DNA of 64,000 nucleotides from an uncultured Actinomycetota bacterium (GCA_963724495.1 CAVRUZ010000009.1:1673-65672); one strand, 5' to 3'. Shown: positions 30,072 through 42,350, counted from the first letter of the stretch. The notes: generated by a model not told the origin, from the sequence alone. Numbers and translations: made by a program.

Positions 30072-32510
30072 TCAGCTCAAGCTGAGCTCCAGCGAGTCAC
30101 CCATGGCCAACGCCTTGGACTCCAACCGTGCGGAGCCGACCCCGGGAATCGTCAGTGCTGACAGGGTCAACTCGCCCCCGAGCACTCGCAGAGTCGCTTC
30201 GCTCCCTTCGGTGGCGACCGTGCCCCACGCATCACCAGTACTGAAGAACTGCGAACCTGAAGCGATCGTCATGGTCTGATCGACACCGTCGTAGTGAAAG
30301 GTCGAGAGGGCAAGCAACATTCCCCAGCTCGCCATGGCACGCGCGTAGTGGTGACCGCACTCCGCCTCGTCGTAGGGGTTGCGCCGGCGACCGTCGTACC
30401 GCTCCCGGATGTCGGCGACCACACGCAGCGCCTCGTCGATGTCGCCCTCGTAGGCCAGACCTGCGGCGAGCGTGTACTCGAATCCCGTCATCACCTCGGT
30501 GAAATAGCTGAACGGCTCCTTAGGTCGCTCGCCGTGCGGATAGCTCGCCATCAGCACGGCTGTCTCGTCACCGAGGACGTAGGACCGCATCACGTTGTTG
30601 TGATCGAAGAATCCCTCGCGCCGGTTGAACTTCACCACCGAGCGGAGCGCGGTCGTCATCTGCTCCTTGTCCAGCAGGTGTCCGAGGCCCGCCACGTGCG
30701 CCAGGAACTGGCCCACCAGTTGGTCGATCAAGCAGCCGGCGCCCAGCTGCAGCGCCGGTGTGAGACCGGAGATCGCCAGGCCTGGTGCGGCATGGTCCGA
30801 CGTCTGCACCTTGTGCTCGTAGTAGTCGCCGTTGAAGAGGTTGGCCTCGGTCCAGTCCCGGCCGCGATCGGCAAGGTCGGTGCACTTCGAGGCGAAGGAG
30901 TCGTCGCCGACGTAGGTGGCCATCGCTGCGGCGGACCTCAGCGCGGCCAGGTACCAGACCTCCATCTGCGGGTTGGGCCCGTGGTACTCCACGTCCATCG
31001 TGTTGTGCTGCACGCCTTCCATCACGCCGTCGACGTCGGCGTCCCAGCCACCAGGAACCCAGCAGAACTCCAGGGCGGCTCGTGCGCGAGGCCAGTGGCG
31101 GCGGAGGAAGGCGTCATCGCCGCTCAGCCTCCATTCCCTGTAGAGCTTGATGATGCAGCCCATCTGGCCGTCGGCGGCTGCGACCTGCCACTCCTGCGCG
31201 CTATCGGCGAGAGGCAGGCCGACGCGAAAGCTCATGAAGCCGGAGTCCGTGGTGGCCTGCTCGAGTTCGACTTCACGCATTGACCGGGCGAGTTCGCCGA
31301 AGAGGAACGGCGTCGCCTGCTCGTAGTTCCAGACGTGCGTGCAGCTGCCGGAGCAGCAACCGACGTCGTCATTGCACCCTTCCCAGCCGAAGAACCGTCC
31401 GTCATCCGTGCGGAAACAGGTCTGGGTACGCAACGTCGAGACATTGGCGAGCGCGGCCTCCTTCACCACGTCAGGGAGGTCGGATCCCCAATAGGCCTTG
31501 ACGAATTCCTCCGTCCGCACTCGCAGGTCCTCGAGTCTCGGCACGACTGCGGAGAGCACGGACGCGCTGTCGTCGAAGAGCGTCGTGTAGTGGTTCGTCA
31601 CAGTTGGCTCGGCATCCGCCCATGAGCCTCGGTCGGGGAACCGCCACGACATCAGCAGCCTGACAGTTGTCGTCTCTCCTGCTTGCAGAGTTCGACGTTC
31701 GCAGACAGACCCGACAGGACGGCGTACGCCAGCCGGCCGCTCGTCGAGTGCGCCGTCATCCAGCAGGTCGTCGGCGAAGTCCAGCGCCGGGCCACCCCAG
31801 GTCAGCTCGGCCCAGTTGGTCCGCCGGCTGACGTCTTGGCCGTCCACCACGGCGATCGCGATGTCGCCCGTGTCCTCCGGCAGCCCGCCCTCGCCTGGTT
31901 GCAGGTGCACTCCCGCATAGCCAGCACCCTCGATCAGGGTGTTGTGCCCCACCGGAGCCTCCGCTCCCCGACGCATCGCTCCGAGGGTGTTGCGCAGGTT
32001 GAAGGCCAGGGACACCGACAGTTCCTCGTCGGTGACGTTCACGAGAGTGACGTCGAAGACAGCCAGGGGCAGGCTGGAACTCTCCACGTCCACAGGGATG
32101 AACGGGTTCCAGGCTTCCACGGCGGCGGCAACCGGGAAGTGCGGATCGGTCAGCTGGACGCGCCCGAAGGGGTAGGCCGTGAGGTACTCCGCCTGGCGGA
32201 ATCGCGGGAGTCCGTGGTTGTGGGCCGGCGACCCGCTCGAACCTTCGTACTCCGACGGATCGAGTGGCCCTTCCAGCACCTTCAGGGCGGGTGCTCGGTC
32301 GGCACCGGCCACGCGAACGATCAACGACGCGATGTCGGGAACGAAGCCCTTCGCCGGCCGGTTCGCGATCTCGACATCCCGTAGGTCACCCCTTCCGCCG
32401 AACCCGATCGTGCCGGTTCCGATCCCTCCTACCGGGAGGCTGACGCGGTGCAGGTGGTCGGCGTCGAAGCGGCGGACGACCGGCCAGCTCGGAGACGGTA
32501 GCGATGTCAT
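30072..32510 (-). CDS. GH116-family beta-glucosidase (GBA2-type)
   Basis: The motifs GGIGTGTIGFGGRG and CCSGSCTHVWNYEQ are present. The start ATG 32510 gives about 813 aa. Confidence 0.8.
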   Translation of the reverse strand: MTSLPSPSWPVVRRFDADHLHRVSLPVGGIGTGTIGFGGRGDLRDVEIANRPAKGFVPDIASLIVRVAGADRAPALKVLEGPLDPSEYEGSSGSPAHNHGLPRFRQAEYLTAYPFGRVQLTDPHFPVAAAVEAWNPFIPVDVESSSLPLAVFDVTLVNVTDEELSVSLAFNLRNTLGAMRRGAEAPVGHNTLIEGAGYAGVHLQPGEGGLPEDTGDIAIAVVDGQDVSRRTNWAELTWGGPALDFADDLLDDGALDERPAGVRRPVGSVCERRTLQAGETTTVRLLMSWRFPDRGSWADAEPTVTNHYTTLFDDSASVLSAVVPRLEDLRVRTEEFVKAYWGSDLPDVVKEAALANVSTLRTQTCFRTDDGRFFGWEGCNDDVGCCSGSCTHVWNYEQATPFLFGELARSMREVELEQATTDSGFMSFRVGLPLADSAQEWQVAAADGQMGCIIKLYREWRLSGDDAFLRRHWPRARAALEFCWVPGGWDADVDGVMEGVQHNTMDVEYHGPNPQMEVWYLAALRSAAAMATYVGDDSFASKCTDLADRGRDWTEANLFNGDYYEHKVQTSDHAAPGLAISGLTPALQLGAGCLIDQLVGQFLAHVAGLGHLLDKEQMTTALRSVVKFNRREGFFDHNNVMRSYVLGDETAVLMASYPHGERPKEPFSYFTEVMTGFEYTLAAGLAYEGDIDEALRVVADIRERYDGRRRNPYDEAECGHHYARAMASWGMLLALSTFHYDGVDQTMTIASGSQFFSTGDAWGTVATEGSEATLRVLGGELTLSALTIPGVGSARLESKALAMGDSLELSLS

Positions 32511-32531
32511 CGCAGGAGCTAAGCACCTGGC

Positions 32532-33632
32532 GTGGTGCCCGTCGCCCACAGCCACCAGGCAACCGGACCAGGACCGGCCACGACGGCCCGCGATACGGTC
32601 GCGCGCGTGCCGACCGAGTACCCCGACGCCTTCATCGCCGGCCTGCCGAAGGTCGAGTTGCACGTCCACCTGCAGGGCGCCGCCTCTGTCGACACGGTCC
32701 TGGAGTTGTCGCGACGCCACCCTGCCGCTGGGCTGCCGACCGAGCGGGACGAGCTGATGGCCTTCTACCGCTTCACCGACTTCGCCCACTTCATCGAGGT
32801 CTACATCGCCGTGAACCGCCTGGTGCGGAGTCCGGACGACGTGCTCGCGCTCGTCGTGGGCCTGGCCCGAGACCTCGTTGCCCAGCAGGTGCGCTATGCC
32901 GAGGTCACCGTGACGCCGTATTCGCATCTGCTGCACGGGATGGCCGGGCAGGCGGTCGCGGATGCACTGTCAGCCGGGCGAACAGAGGCAGCACGACTGG
33001 GCATCGAACTCGCATGGGTGTTCGACATTCCCGGTGAAGCCGGACTGGTCGCCGCCGACCAGACCATCGATTGGGTGGAGTCGTTCGCGCCGGACGGTTC
33101 TGTCGGCTTCGGCCTCGGCGGTCCCGAGATCGGTGTCCCGCGGCCCCAGTTCGCCCCGCACTTCCAGCGCGCGAATGCGCTCGGCCTGGTGAGCCTCCCG
33201 CATGCCGGCGAGACGACCGGCCCCGAGACCGTGTGGGACGCGCTGACCGACCTGAACGCCCGTCGCGTCGGTCACGGCATCGCCGCCGCTGATGATCCGG
33301 CGCTGATGCAGCACCTGGCGGACAACGACATCGCCCTCGAGGTCTGCCCGACGAGCAACGTGTGCACGCGCGCGGTCGACAGCCTCGAGAGCCACCCGTG
33401 GCCGGTGCTGGCGGAGGCGGGCGTGCCGTTGACGCTGAACAGCGACGATCCCGGCATGTTCTCCACGACGCTCAACCGGGAGTACGAGGTCGCACGCGAG
33501 CACTTCGGCCTGACGAACGCCGGCCTCGCCGATCTCGTGCGAGCAGCCATCCGGTACTCCCTCGCCACCGACAGCACCAAGCACGCCCTGCTGGCCGAGG
33601 TCGACGCCTTCGCGAGCGCCACGCCCGACTGA
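32532..33632 (+). CDS. add: Adenosine deaminase
   Basis: The motifs ELHVHLQGA, HAGE and NSDDPGMF are present. An alternative start is GTG 32607. Confidence 0.85.
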   Translation: MVPVAHSHQATGPGPATTARDTVARVPTEYPDAFIAGLPKVELHVHLQGAASVDTVLELSRRHPAAGLPTERDELMAFYRFTDFAHFIEVYIAVNRLVRSPDDVLALVVGLARDLVAQQVRYAEVTVTPYSHLLHGMAGQAVADALSAGRTEAARLGIELAWVFDIPGEAGLVAADQTIDWVESFAPDGSVGFGLGGPEIGVPRPQFAPHFQRANALGLVSLPHAGETTGPETVWDALTDLNARRVGHGIAAADDPALMQHLADNDIALEVCPTSNVCTRAVDSLESHPWPVLAEAGVPLTLNSDDPGMFSTTLNREYEVAREHFGLTNAGLADLVRAAIRYSLATDSTKHALLAEVDAFASATPD

Positions 33633-33639
33633 CCGCATC

Positions 33640-33694
33640 GAGTGGGCACGAATCGGGGTTATGGGCGGGTCATAACCCCGATTTGTGCGCACTC
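33640..33694. terminator. 24-bp stem-loop 8 nt after the add stop (hairpin D); no U-tract
   Basis: The structure is GAGTGGGCACGAATCGGGGTTATG, loop GGCGGGT, CATAACCCCGATTTGTGCGCACTC, with one mismatch and one G-T pair. Confidence 0.5.
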
Positions 33695-33729
33695 GGCGGG
33701 CCTCGCGCGTCGGTGACGTGCCGTAGAAC

Positions 33730-34809
33730 ATGCGCATGACCCGTCGCATCAGCATGCGCGAGTGGAACCGCACCCTGCTGTCGCGCCAGTTCCTGCTGGA
33801 GCGGGTCGACCTGCCGGCCATGGAGGTCCTCGACCGGTGCGTTGGGCTGCAGTCGCAGGAACCGCAGGCGGCGTTCTTCGGGCTGTGGTCGCGGATCGAG
33901 GGCTTTCGGCCGGCCGAACTCGATGCCCTGATGACCGAGCGCCAGGTCGTGCGGATGGCCTCGTTGCGCAGCACGGTGTTCCTGATGTCGACCGAGGACG
34001 CGCGGTGGGTCCGACCGACCGGCCAACCGGCTCTGGATGCGGAACTGGCCTTCCATGCCAAGGACCTCCAGGGCGCCCAGCCCGACGAGGTCGTCCAGGC
34101 CGGTCGAACTCTGCTCACCGGAACCGAGCTGTCGGTCCGCAAGCTCGCTCAACTCCTGGGCGAACGGTGGCCGGGGGAGCCACCCTCCGCCCTCTCGGCG
34201 ATCGTGCGCGCGGCGTTGCCTCTGGTGCAGGTCCCGCCTCGCGGACTGTGGCGCCGAAGTGGCGCGACCACCTACCGGCACCTGGACGAGTGGGCACCCG
34301 GCGTGCCTGCGTTCTCCGGCGACGGTGCCCGGCAGCAGCTGATCCGCCTCTATCTCAGGGGATTCGGTCCGTCGACGGTCAACGGCATCCAGACCTGGGC
34401 ACGCCTGACCAAGCTGACCGGACTGGTCGACGCGATGGTCAAGAGCGGCGAGGTCGTCCCGATCGAAGGACCAGAAGGCGAGAAGCTGTTCGACCTGGCC
34501 GGTCTGGAGATCGTCGATGGCGACACGCCAGCGCCGGTTCGGCTCCTCGCACCGTTCGACAATGTCGTAGTGGCGCAGGCCGACCGTCGGCGCGTCGTCG
34601 ACCAGGACGTGTTTCCCGGACTGGTCACGGCCAACGGCCAGTCCCCGGGCTTCGTGCTGGTCGACGGGCGAGTCGTCGGTGCCTGGAAGCCGCCCGGCCT
34701 CACCCGCCGGACCGATGTCGAGCTCGAGTACCTCGCGCCCGTCACTGCCCGCAACCGCAAGAAGGTGGCCGCGGAAGTCGACCGGCTCACCGCCTTCTGC
34801 AAGGCCTAG
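33730..34809 (+). CDS. Winged-helix DNA-binding protein, YcaQ/AlkZ (DUF1006) family
   Basis: The N-terminal pattern NRTLLSRQFLLER...VGLQSQEPQAAFFGLWSR is typical of that family. The length is 359 aa. Confidence 0.65.
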   Translation: MRMTRRISMREWNRTLLSRQFLLERVDLPAMEVLDRCVGLQSQEPQAAFFGLWSRIEGFRPAELDALMTERQVVRMASLRSTVFLMSTEDARWVRPTGQPALDAELAFHAKDLQGAQPDEVVQAGRTLLTGTELSVRKLAQLLGERWPGEPPSALSAIVRAALPLVQVPPRGLWRRSGATTYRHLDEWAPGVPAFSGDGARQQLIRLYLRGFGPSTVNGIQTWARLTKLTGLVDAMVKSGEVVPIEGPEGEKLFDLAGLEIVDGDTPAPVRLLAPFDNVVVAQADRRRVVDQDVFPGLVTANGQSPGFVLVDGRVVGAWKPPGLTRRTDVELEYLAPVTARNRKKVAAEVDRLTAFCKA

Positions 34810-34834
34810 GCACGCGCCGCCGCCCCAACGCGTC

Positions 34835-34886
34835 GAGTGGGCGCAATCTGTTGCCTGCGGCGCTGCAGCACAGATTGCGCCCACTC
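34835..34886. terminator. Perfect 17-bp stem-loop between the convergent YcaQ-like gene and clpB (hairpin E); candidate bidirectional terminator
   Basis: The structure is GAGTGGGCGCAATCTGT, an 18-nt loop, ACAGATTGCGCCCACTC. The outer arm sequence is shared with hairpin D. Confidence 0.55.
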
Positions 34887-34899
34887 AACGGAGGTGCGG

Positions 34900-37509
34900 T
34901 CAGGAGGCGACCGTCGCCGGCTCCTTCGCGTGCACCACCAGCTTGTTCGTGGCCGCGTCGAGGTCGACCACCACCGTGTCGCCGTCCCGCACGGCACCGC
35001 CGAGGAGCTGCCGGGCCAGCTCGTCACCGATCGCCGACTGCACCAGACGCCGCAGCGGGCGGGCACCGTACAGCGGGTCGTATCCGGTCACGGCCAGCCA
35101 GCGCTCGGCCTCCTCGGTGACCTCCAGAGCGATCCGCCGATCGGCCAGCCGCGCGGCCAGCGCCGCCACCTGCAGGTCGACAATGCGCGTCAGGTCGTCC
35201 TGCGACAGCGCGTCGAACACCACGATCTCGTCCAGCCGGTTGAGGAACTCGGGCTTGAACGACTGGCGCACGACCGACATCACCGCATCGTGGGCTGCCT
35301 CCGGTGCCATCGTCGGGTCGGACAGGTAGTTCGAGCCGAGGTTCGACGTCATCACCAGGATCGCGTTGCGGAAGTCGACCGTGCGGCCGTGGCCGTCGGT
35401 CAGCCGGCCGTCATCGAACACCTGCAAGAGGATGTTGAAGACCTCGGGATGCGCCTTCTCCACCTCGTCGAGCAGCACGACGGAGTAGGGACGCCGCCGC
35501 ACCGCCTCGGTGAGCTGGCCGCCCTCGTCGTAGCCGACATACCCGGGCGGCGCACCGACGAGTCGGGAGACCGAGTGCTTCTCCGAGTACTCGCTCATGT
35601 CGATGCGGATCATCGCCCGCTCGTCGTCGAACAGGAAGTCCGCGAGCGACTTGGCCAGTTCGGTCTTGCCGACGCCAGTGGGTCCCAGGAACAGGAACGA
35701 CCCGGTCGGCCGGTTGGGATCGGAGATGCCGGCACGGGCCCGACGGACTGCGTCGGACACGGCGCCCACAGCATTGGTCTGCCCGATGAGGCGTCGCCCG
35801 AGCTCCTCCTCCATCCGCAGCAGCTTGCCGGTCTCCCCCTCCATCAGCCGGCCCAACGGGATGCCCGTCCAGGACGAGATCACCTCGGCGACCTCCTCCG
35901 GCCCGACCTCGTCGCGCACCATCGTCTGGGCGGTGTCCTTCTGCTCCGCCTCCGACGTGGTCTCGATCTCCTTCTCCAGTTGCGGAATCCGTCCGTAGAG
36001 GAGCTCGCTGGCGGCGGCCAGGTCGCCCTCGCGCTGGGCCTTCTCTGCCTGCATCCGCAGCTCGTCGAGCTGTTCCTTGAGCTCGCCGACTCGGTTGAGC
36101 GATCCCTTCTCGTTCGCCCAGCGAGCTTCGAGCCCGAGCAATTCCTCTTCCTGGTCAGCGAGTTCCGCGCGCAGTCGCTCGAGTCGCTCCTGCGATGCCG
36201 CGTCGTCCTCCTTCTCCAGGGCGAGTTCCTCCATCTTCAGCCGGTCGACGGAACGTCGAAGCTGGTCGATCTCGACCGGCGAACTGTCGATCTCCATCCG
36301 CAGCCGCGATGCCGACTCGTCGACAAGGTCGATGGCCTTGTCGGGCAGCTTGCGCCCGGTGATGTAGCGGTTGGACAGCGTCGCGGCGGCGACCAAAGCG
36401 GCGTCGGCGATCGCGACCTTGTGATGCGCCTCGTAGCGCTCCTTCAGGCCACGCAGGATCGCGATCGAGTCCTCCACGCCCGGCTCGGATACCAGCACCT
36501 GCTGGAACCTGCGCTCCAACGCCGGGTCGGACTCGACCCGCTTGCGGTACTCGTCCAGGGTGGTCGCGCCGATCATGCGCAGCTCACCGCGCGCGAGCAT
36601 CGGCTTGAGCATGTTGCCGGCGTCCATCGCGCCGTCGCCGCCCGCACCGGCGCCCACCACGGTGTGGAGTTCGTCGATGAACGTGATGATGCGGCCCTCG
36701 GACGACTTGATCTCCTCGAGGACGGCCTTCAAGCGTTCCTCGAACTCGCCCCGGTACTTCGCCCCGGCGATCATGGCTGCCAGGTCGAGCGACACCAGCT
36801 TGCGGTCCTTCAGCGACTCCGGCACGTCTCCGGCAACGATGCGCTGGGCCAGTCCCTCGACCACAGCGGTCTTGCCCACGCCCGGCTCGCCGATCAACAC
36901 GGGGTTGTTCTTCGTACGTCGGCTCAGGACCTGCACGACCCGCCGGATCTCGGAGTCCCGGCCGATCACGGGATCGAGCTTGCCCTCGCGGGCGGATGCG
37001 GTGAGGTCGACCGAGTATTTCGCCAAGGCCTGCAATGTGTTCTCGGGGTCGGCAGTGGTCACCTTCTGGCCGCCGCGAACTCGATCGATGGCCGGCGTCA
37101 GCACCTCGGCGGTCACTCCCCGCTCGGCGAGCAGCGCCTTCGCCGGGCCGTCGATCGTGACCAGCGCGAGGAGCAGGTGCTCGATCGACACGAAGTCGTC
37201 ACCCATCCGGGTGGCCGCGTCATCTGCCTGGGCCAGCACCTGGGTCATCTGCCGCGTCGCCTGAGGCTGCCCGACGCTCGACCCGGAGGCCCGCGGCAGC
37301 TTGTCGATCTCGGCCCCGACCACGCGGTCGAGGTCTGCACGGCGAACACCGACCGCCTCGAGCAGCGGCTCGACGATCGTGGTGTCGTCGACCAGCAGCG
37401 CGGCAAGCAGGTGAAGTGGTTCGAGTTGCGGATTACCGCGGGTCGACGCGAGGCGCAGTGCCAATGCCACGGCCTCGTTCGACTTCGTCGTGAGGTTGCG
37501 TCCAGCCAT
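34900..37509 (-). CDS. clpB: ATP-dependent chaperone ClpB
   Basis: Two AAA+ modules are present (GEPGVGKTA and GPTGVGKTE) with a coiled-coil middle domain. The length is 869 aa. Confidence 0.95.
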   Translation of the reverse strand: MAGRNLTTKSNEAVALALRLASTRGNPQLEPLHLLAALLVDDTTIVEPLLEAVGVRRADLDRVVGAEIDKLPRASGSSVGQPQATRQMTQVLAQADDAATRMGDDFVSIEHLLLALVTIDGPAKALLAERGVTAEVLTPAIDRVRGGQKVTTADPENTLQALAKYSVDLTASAREGKLDPVIGRDSEIRRVVQVLSRRTKNNPVLIGEPGVGKTAVVEGLAQRIVAGDVPESLKDRKLVSLDLAAMIAGAKYRGEFEERLKAVLEEIKSSEGRIITFIDELHTVVGAGAGGDGAMDAGNMLKPMLARGELRMIGATTLDEYRKRVESDPALERRFQQVLVSEPGVEDSIAILRGLKERYEAHHKVAIADAALVAAATLSNRYITGRKLPDKAIDLVDESASRLRMEIDSSPVEIDQLRRSVDRLKMEELALEKEDDAASQERLERLRAELADQEEELLGLEARWANEKGSLNRVGELKEQLDELRMQAEKAQREGDLAAASELLYGRIPQLEKEIETTSEAEQKDTAQTMVRDEVGPEEVAEVISSWTGIPLGRLMEGETGKLLRMEEELGRRLIGQTNAVGAVSDAVRRARAGISDPNRPTGSFLFLGPTGVGKTELAKSLADFLFDDERAMIRIDMSEYSEKHSVSRLVGAPPGYVGYDEGGQLTEAVRRRPYSVVLLDEVEKAHPEVFNILLQVFDDGRLTDGHGRTVDFRNAILVMTSNLGSNYLSDPTMAPEAAHDAVMSVVRQSFKPEFLNRLDEIVVFDALSQDDLTRIVDLQVAALAARLADRRIALEVTEEAERWLAVTGYDPLYGARPLRRLVQSAIGDELARQLLGGAVRDGDTVVVDLDAATNKLVVHAKEPATVAS

Positions 37510-37598
37510 GGGTCGTTCTCCTGATGATCTTTGCTGGTTGAGATTTCGCTTCGTGAGTGTCGAGTTGGGCCCGATCCGTGGATCTCCCGCCCGCAGCG

Positions 37599-38066
37599 CT
37601 ACCGGTCGGTTCCCGCCTCCAGCTGGCGTGGCCGCGGATACGGATCGGGTCGCCGTCGGCGGACCCGCATGTCGACCACGTCGCCGGCACTCCCGGCGAG
37701 GAACACTCGGGCCGCAGCTGGATCGGGTGTCGGCAGGCCGTGCTCCTGCAGCTCGTGCTGGAGCAGCATCACCTGTGCCCGCAGGCCGGCGATCTCTGCC
37801 TGCATGGCCAGCACCCGCCGGATGCCGGGCAGTCCGACGCCTTCCTTGGACAGTCGCTGCACGAGCCGCAACGCGGCGATGTCGCGGGCGGAGTAGCGGC
37901 GCCCGCGGCCACTGCTTCGTTGCGGAACCACCAGGCCGGCCCGGTCGTACTGCCGCAGCGTCTGCGGATGCATCCCCGCGAGCTCGGCGGCAACGCTGAT
38001 CACGTAAACAGGACGATCGGCTGGCAACCCGCCGGCACGCGCGTCGGCCGACGATGGTGAGGTCAT
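37599..38066 (-). CDS. hspR: Heat-shock repressor HspR (MerR family)
   Basis: The MerR HTH is [26 protein letters not shown], and the gene is the last in the dnaK operon. Confidence 0.85.
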   Translation of the reverse strand: MTSPSSADARAGGLPADRPVYVISVAAELAGMHPQTLRQYDRAGLVVPQRSSGRGRRYSARDIAALRLVQRLSKEGVGLPGIRRVLAMQAEIAGLRAQVMLLQHELQEHGLPTPDPAAARVFLAGSAGDVVDMRVRRRRPDPYPRPRQLEAGTDR

Positions 38067-38163
38067 GTCAGCCTCCTTCGGCCTGCGGTGGAACGGTCTT
38101 GCGGTGTTGCGGATTCTTCGGCGTTACTGCTTCTACTACAGGTGGTGCGGTGAAAGCCTTGGG

Positions 38164-39336
38164 TCAGGCCGAGGTCGCGTCCCGCAGCAGCTTGGCCCGA
38201 ACGTCGACCCCATCGGTGGACTTGGCGTACTTGGCCAGTGCCTGCTTCTGCTCCTCGTCGAGCTCGTCGGGGACGATGACCTTGAGCGTTACCAGCATGT
38301 CGCCGTAGCTGCCATCGGATCGCCGGGCGCCCTTGCCACGCACGCGAAGCACGCGCCCGTTGGGAGTTCCCGGTGGGACCCGGACGCTCACCGGCGGACC
38401 GGTGAGCGTCGGCACCTTGATGTCGGAACCCAGGGCAGCTTCAGCGAAGGTGACCGGAACCTCGATGGTGAGGTTGGCTCCCTTCTTGCCGAACACCCGG
38501 TGCGTTCCGACGTGGACGCGCACGTACAGGTCGCCGCTCGCTCCGCCGTTCTCGCCCGGGCCGCCCTTGCCCTTGAGCCGGATGCGCTGGCCGTCGTCCA
38601 CGCCGGCGGGGATCCGGGCCTGGACCGTGCGAGTTGATTGGGCCCGTCCCGAACCATGGCAGGTCACGCACGGGTCTTCGACCACCAGGCCGCGACCGAG
38701 ACATTCCTTGCAGGGCTCGGTGATCGCGAAGCCACCGGACCTGCCGACGGGCTCCATCCCGGTGCCTTCACAGTTCGGGCAGATCTTCGGCAGCGAGCCG
38801 GTCTTCGCCCCGGTGCCGTGGCACGTGGGGCAGGCGGCGTCGCTGGAGAGGTTCAGCCGGATCGTGGTGCCGGCGACCGCGTCGGAGAAGTCGAGCGTGA
38901 CGTCGGTCTCGACGTCGGCACCTCGCCGAGCAGCCGTCGTGGTTCGAACCCGGGTGTTCCCGGTGCCGCCCTGACCGAACAGTCCGCCGAAGATGTCGCC
39001 GAGCCCACCGTTGCCCCCTTGACCGAACAGGTCACCAAGGTTGCCGCTGCCGGTCCCAGCCGTACCAGGACGGCGGAACGGGCCACCCCGGCTGAAGCTT
39101 CCGAACAGGGAGCGAGCTTCGTCGTACTCCTTGCGCTTCTCGCGCGACGAGAGAACGGAGTAAGCCTCCGAGATCTCCTTGAACTTCTGCTCGGCCTTGG
39201 CGTCGCCGGGGTGGTTGTCGGGGTGGTGGGCACGCGCGAGCTTGCGGTAGGACTTCTTGATGTCCTCGGCCGATGCGTCTTTGGACACACCGAGCGTGGC
39301 GTAGAAGTCCTTCTCCAGCCAGTCCTTGGTGCTCAC
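38164..39336 (-). CDS. dnaJ: Molecular chaperone DnaJ
   Basis: The J domain has the HPD motif ([14 protein letters not shown]), followed by a G-rich linker and four CxxCxGxG zinc motifs. Confidence 0.95.
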   Translation of the reverse strand: MSTKDWLEKDFYATLGVSKDASAEDIKKSYRKLARAHHPDNHPGDAKAEQKFKEISEAYSVLSSREKRKEYDEARSLFGSFSRGGPFRRPGTAGTGSGNLGDLFGQGGNGGLGDIFGGLFGQGGTGNTRVRTTTAARRGADVETDVTLDFSDAVAGTTIRLNLSSDAACPTCHGTGAKTGSLPKICPNCEGTGMEPVGRSGGFAITEPCKECLGRGLVVEDPCVTCHGSGRAQSTRTVQARIPAGVDDGQRIRLKGKGGPGENGGASGDLYVRVHVGTHRVFGKKGANLTIEVPVTFAEAALGSDIKVPTLTGPPVSVRVPPGTPNGRVLRVRGKGARRSDGSYGDMLVTLKVIVPDELDEEQKQALAKYAKSTDGVDVRAKLLRDATSA

Positions 39337-39406
39337 GATGCCCCCTCCCGTTCCGTGTGGGTCATTCTGGCGTTCGGTCGTGCTCGTTCACAACTGAAAC
39401 TGCGCA

Positions 39407-39444
39407 GGTGATGAGGATCAGGCACTCGCCTGATCCTCACCACC
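39407..39444. other. 17-bp intercistronic stem-loop between grpE and dnaJ
   Basis: The structure is GGTGATGAGGATCAGGC, loop ACTC, GCCTGATCCTCACCACC, with one mismatch. Confidence 0.45.
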
Positions 39445-40128
39445 TGCCTTGGCGTCGTTGCCGGCAGCCTGACCGTCGACGGCCGCTTCGTCCGCGGCTG
39501 TCTCGTCGATGCACCGGCTCCGCGCCACCGTGCTCGGGCGCGGTGACCGCCACCCTTGCCGGGCGGAGGATCCGGTCGCCCAGGCGGTAGCCGGGCTGCA
39601 GGATGGCCGTGGCCGTCGGCTCCTCGACGTCGCCCGACTGCGCGAACATCAGGGCCTCGTGGTGGGTGGGGTCGAAAGGCTCGCCCACCTCGCCGAAGCT
39701 GGTGACGCCCATCCGCTCCAGTGCCCGGGTCAGCGAGTCCGCCACCGCCTTGAAGCCGCCGGTGAGCTCACCGTGCTGCTCTGCCCTGGCGATGTCGTCG
39801 AGCACCGGAAGCAACTCGGTGGCTGCCTTGACCGTGCCGGCCTGTGCGGATGTCGCCCGGTCGCGATCGACCCGCCTGCGGTAGTTCACGTACTCCGCTT
39901 GCAGGCGTTGCAGGTCGGCCGTGCGTTCGTCGGCCAGCTTCTGCAGCCGATCGATCTCCTCCGACGCAAGCGCGTCGGCTGAGGGCTCGTCTGCTGCCGG
40001 CGCGGCCGGCCCGGCGGATTTCGCCGCCGGGCCGACTCCCGGACGTGCCTGACCGGTCACCGGGTCGATACGCCGGCGGTCACGGACCACGGGGCCGTCG
40101 AACTCTTCCTCGGTGTTGCCGGTCTCAC

Positions 40129-40132
<4 letters not shown>
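39437..40132 (-). CDS. grpE: Nucleotide exchange factor GrpE; the C-terminal tail is probably frameshifted near 39510, with the alternative stop at 39418
   Basis: The GrpE core is [16 protein letters not shown]...HEALM. The last 30 or so codons have low GC3 and are Arg-rich. The +1 frame instead gives an acidic, high-GC3 tail [30 protein letters not shown]. Confidence 0.85.
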
Positions 40133-42006
<1,874 letters not shown>

Positions 42007-42153
42007 GTGTGTTTCCCTCCATCAGGCCGGGACGGACCCGGCCGGTTTGCCTGAGTGGGCCGGTCTTGCCGGCCGCTTGCCCCGGCACGCAGCCGGGCGA
42101 GTGGTCATCTTGGCCAGGCGAGCCACCGTTCGGCAACTAACCTGCGTCCAGTT

Positions 42154-42172
42154 GGCTCAACTTTACTGAGCC
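42154..42172. promoter_or_regulatory. Perfect inverted repeat GGCTCA-N7-TGAGCC overlapping a putative dnaK promoter (TTGCGG-N18-TAAAGT on the minus strand); candidate HspR operator
   Basis: The site lies about 150 nt upstream of the dnaK ATG. The half-sites resemble the TGAG/CTCA core of HAIR, but the arrangement is not the canonical CTTGAGT-N7-ACTCAAG. Confidence 0.35.
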
Positions 42173-42261
42173 GTGCAAGATTCCCGCAAGCCTGCGATGT
42201 GATCCAGGTCACTTCTTGCGGCTCGGCCGTCCTGAGTGCAGGCAAGCACCCTCGGGTCCGG

Positions 42262-42350
42262 CGCGCCTCAAACATGCAGTCGGATGCGACCAGTCCGGAC
42301 ATATCCGCTCTTGTGGGCGCTCAGGACGCCTCGATTGCATGTGTGAGGTC
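42262..42350 (-). repeat. Copy C of the structured intergenic repeat (reverse orientation)
   Basis: The reverse complement reads ACACATGCAATCGA...GAGCGGATATGTCCGGACTGGTC...CGACTGCATGTTT. Confidence 0.55.

Noticed and set aside
37510-37598. A possible HAIR/HspR operator in the clpB leader (GTTGAGA...GAGTTG).
   Set aside because: The two elements are mirror rather than inverted repeats, and I could not find the consensus CTTGAGT-N7-ACTCAAG.
42047-42110. Additional GAGTGGGC / GAGTGG strings in the dnaK leader that resemble the arms of hairpins D and E.
   Set aside because: There is no complementary partner nearby. An 8-mer of this composition is expected several times by chance in 64 kb of GC-rich DNA.
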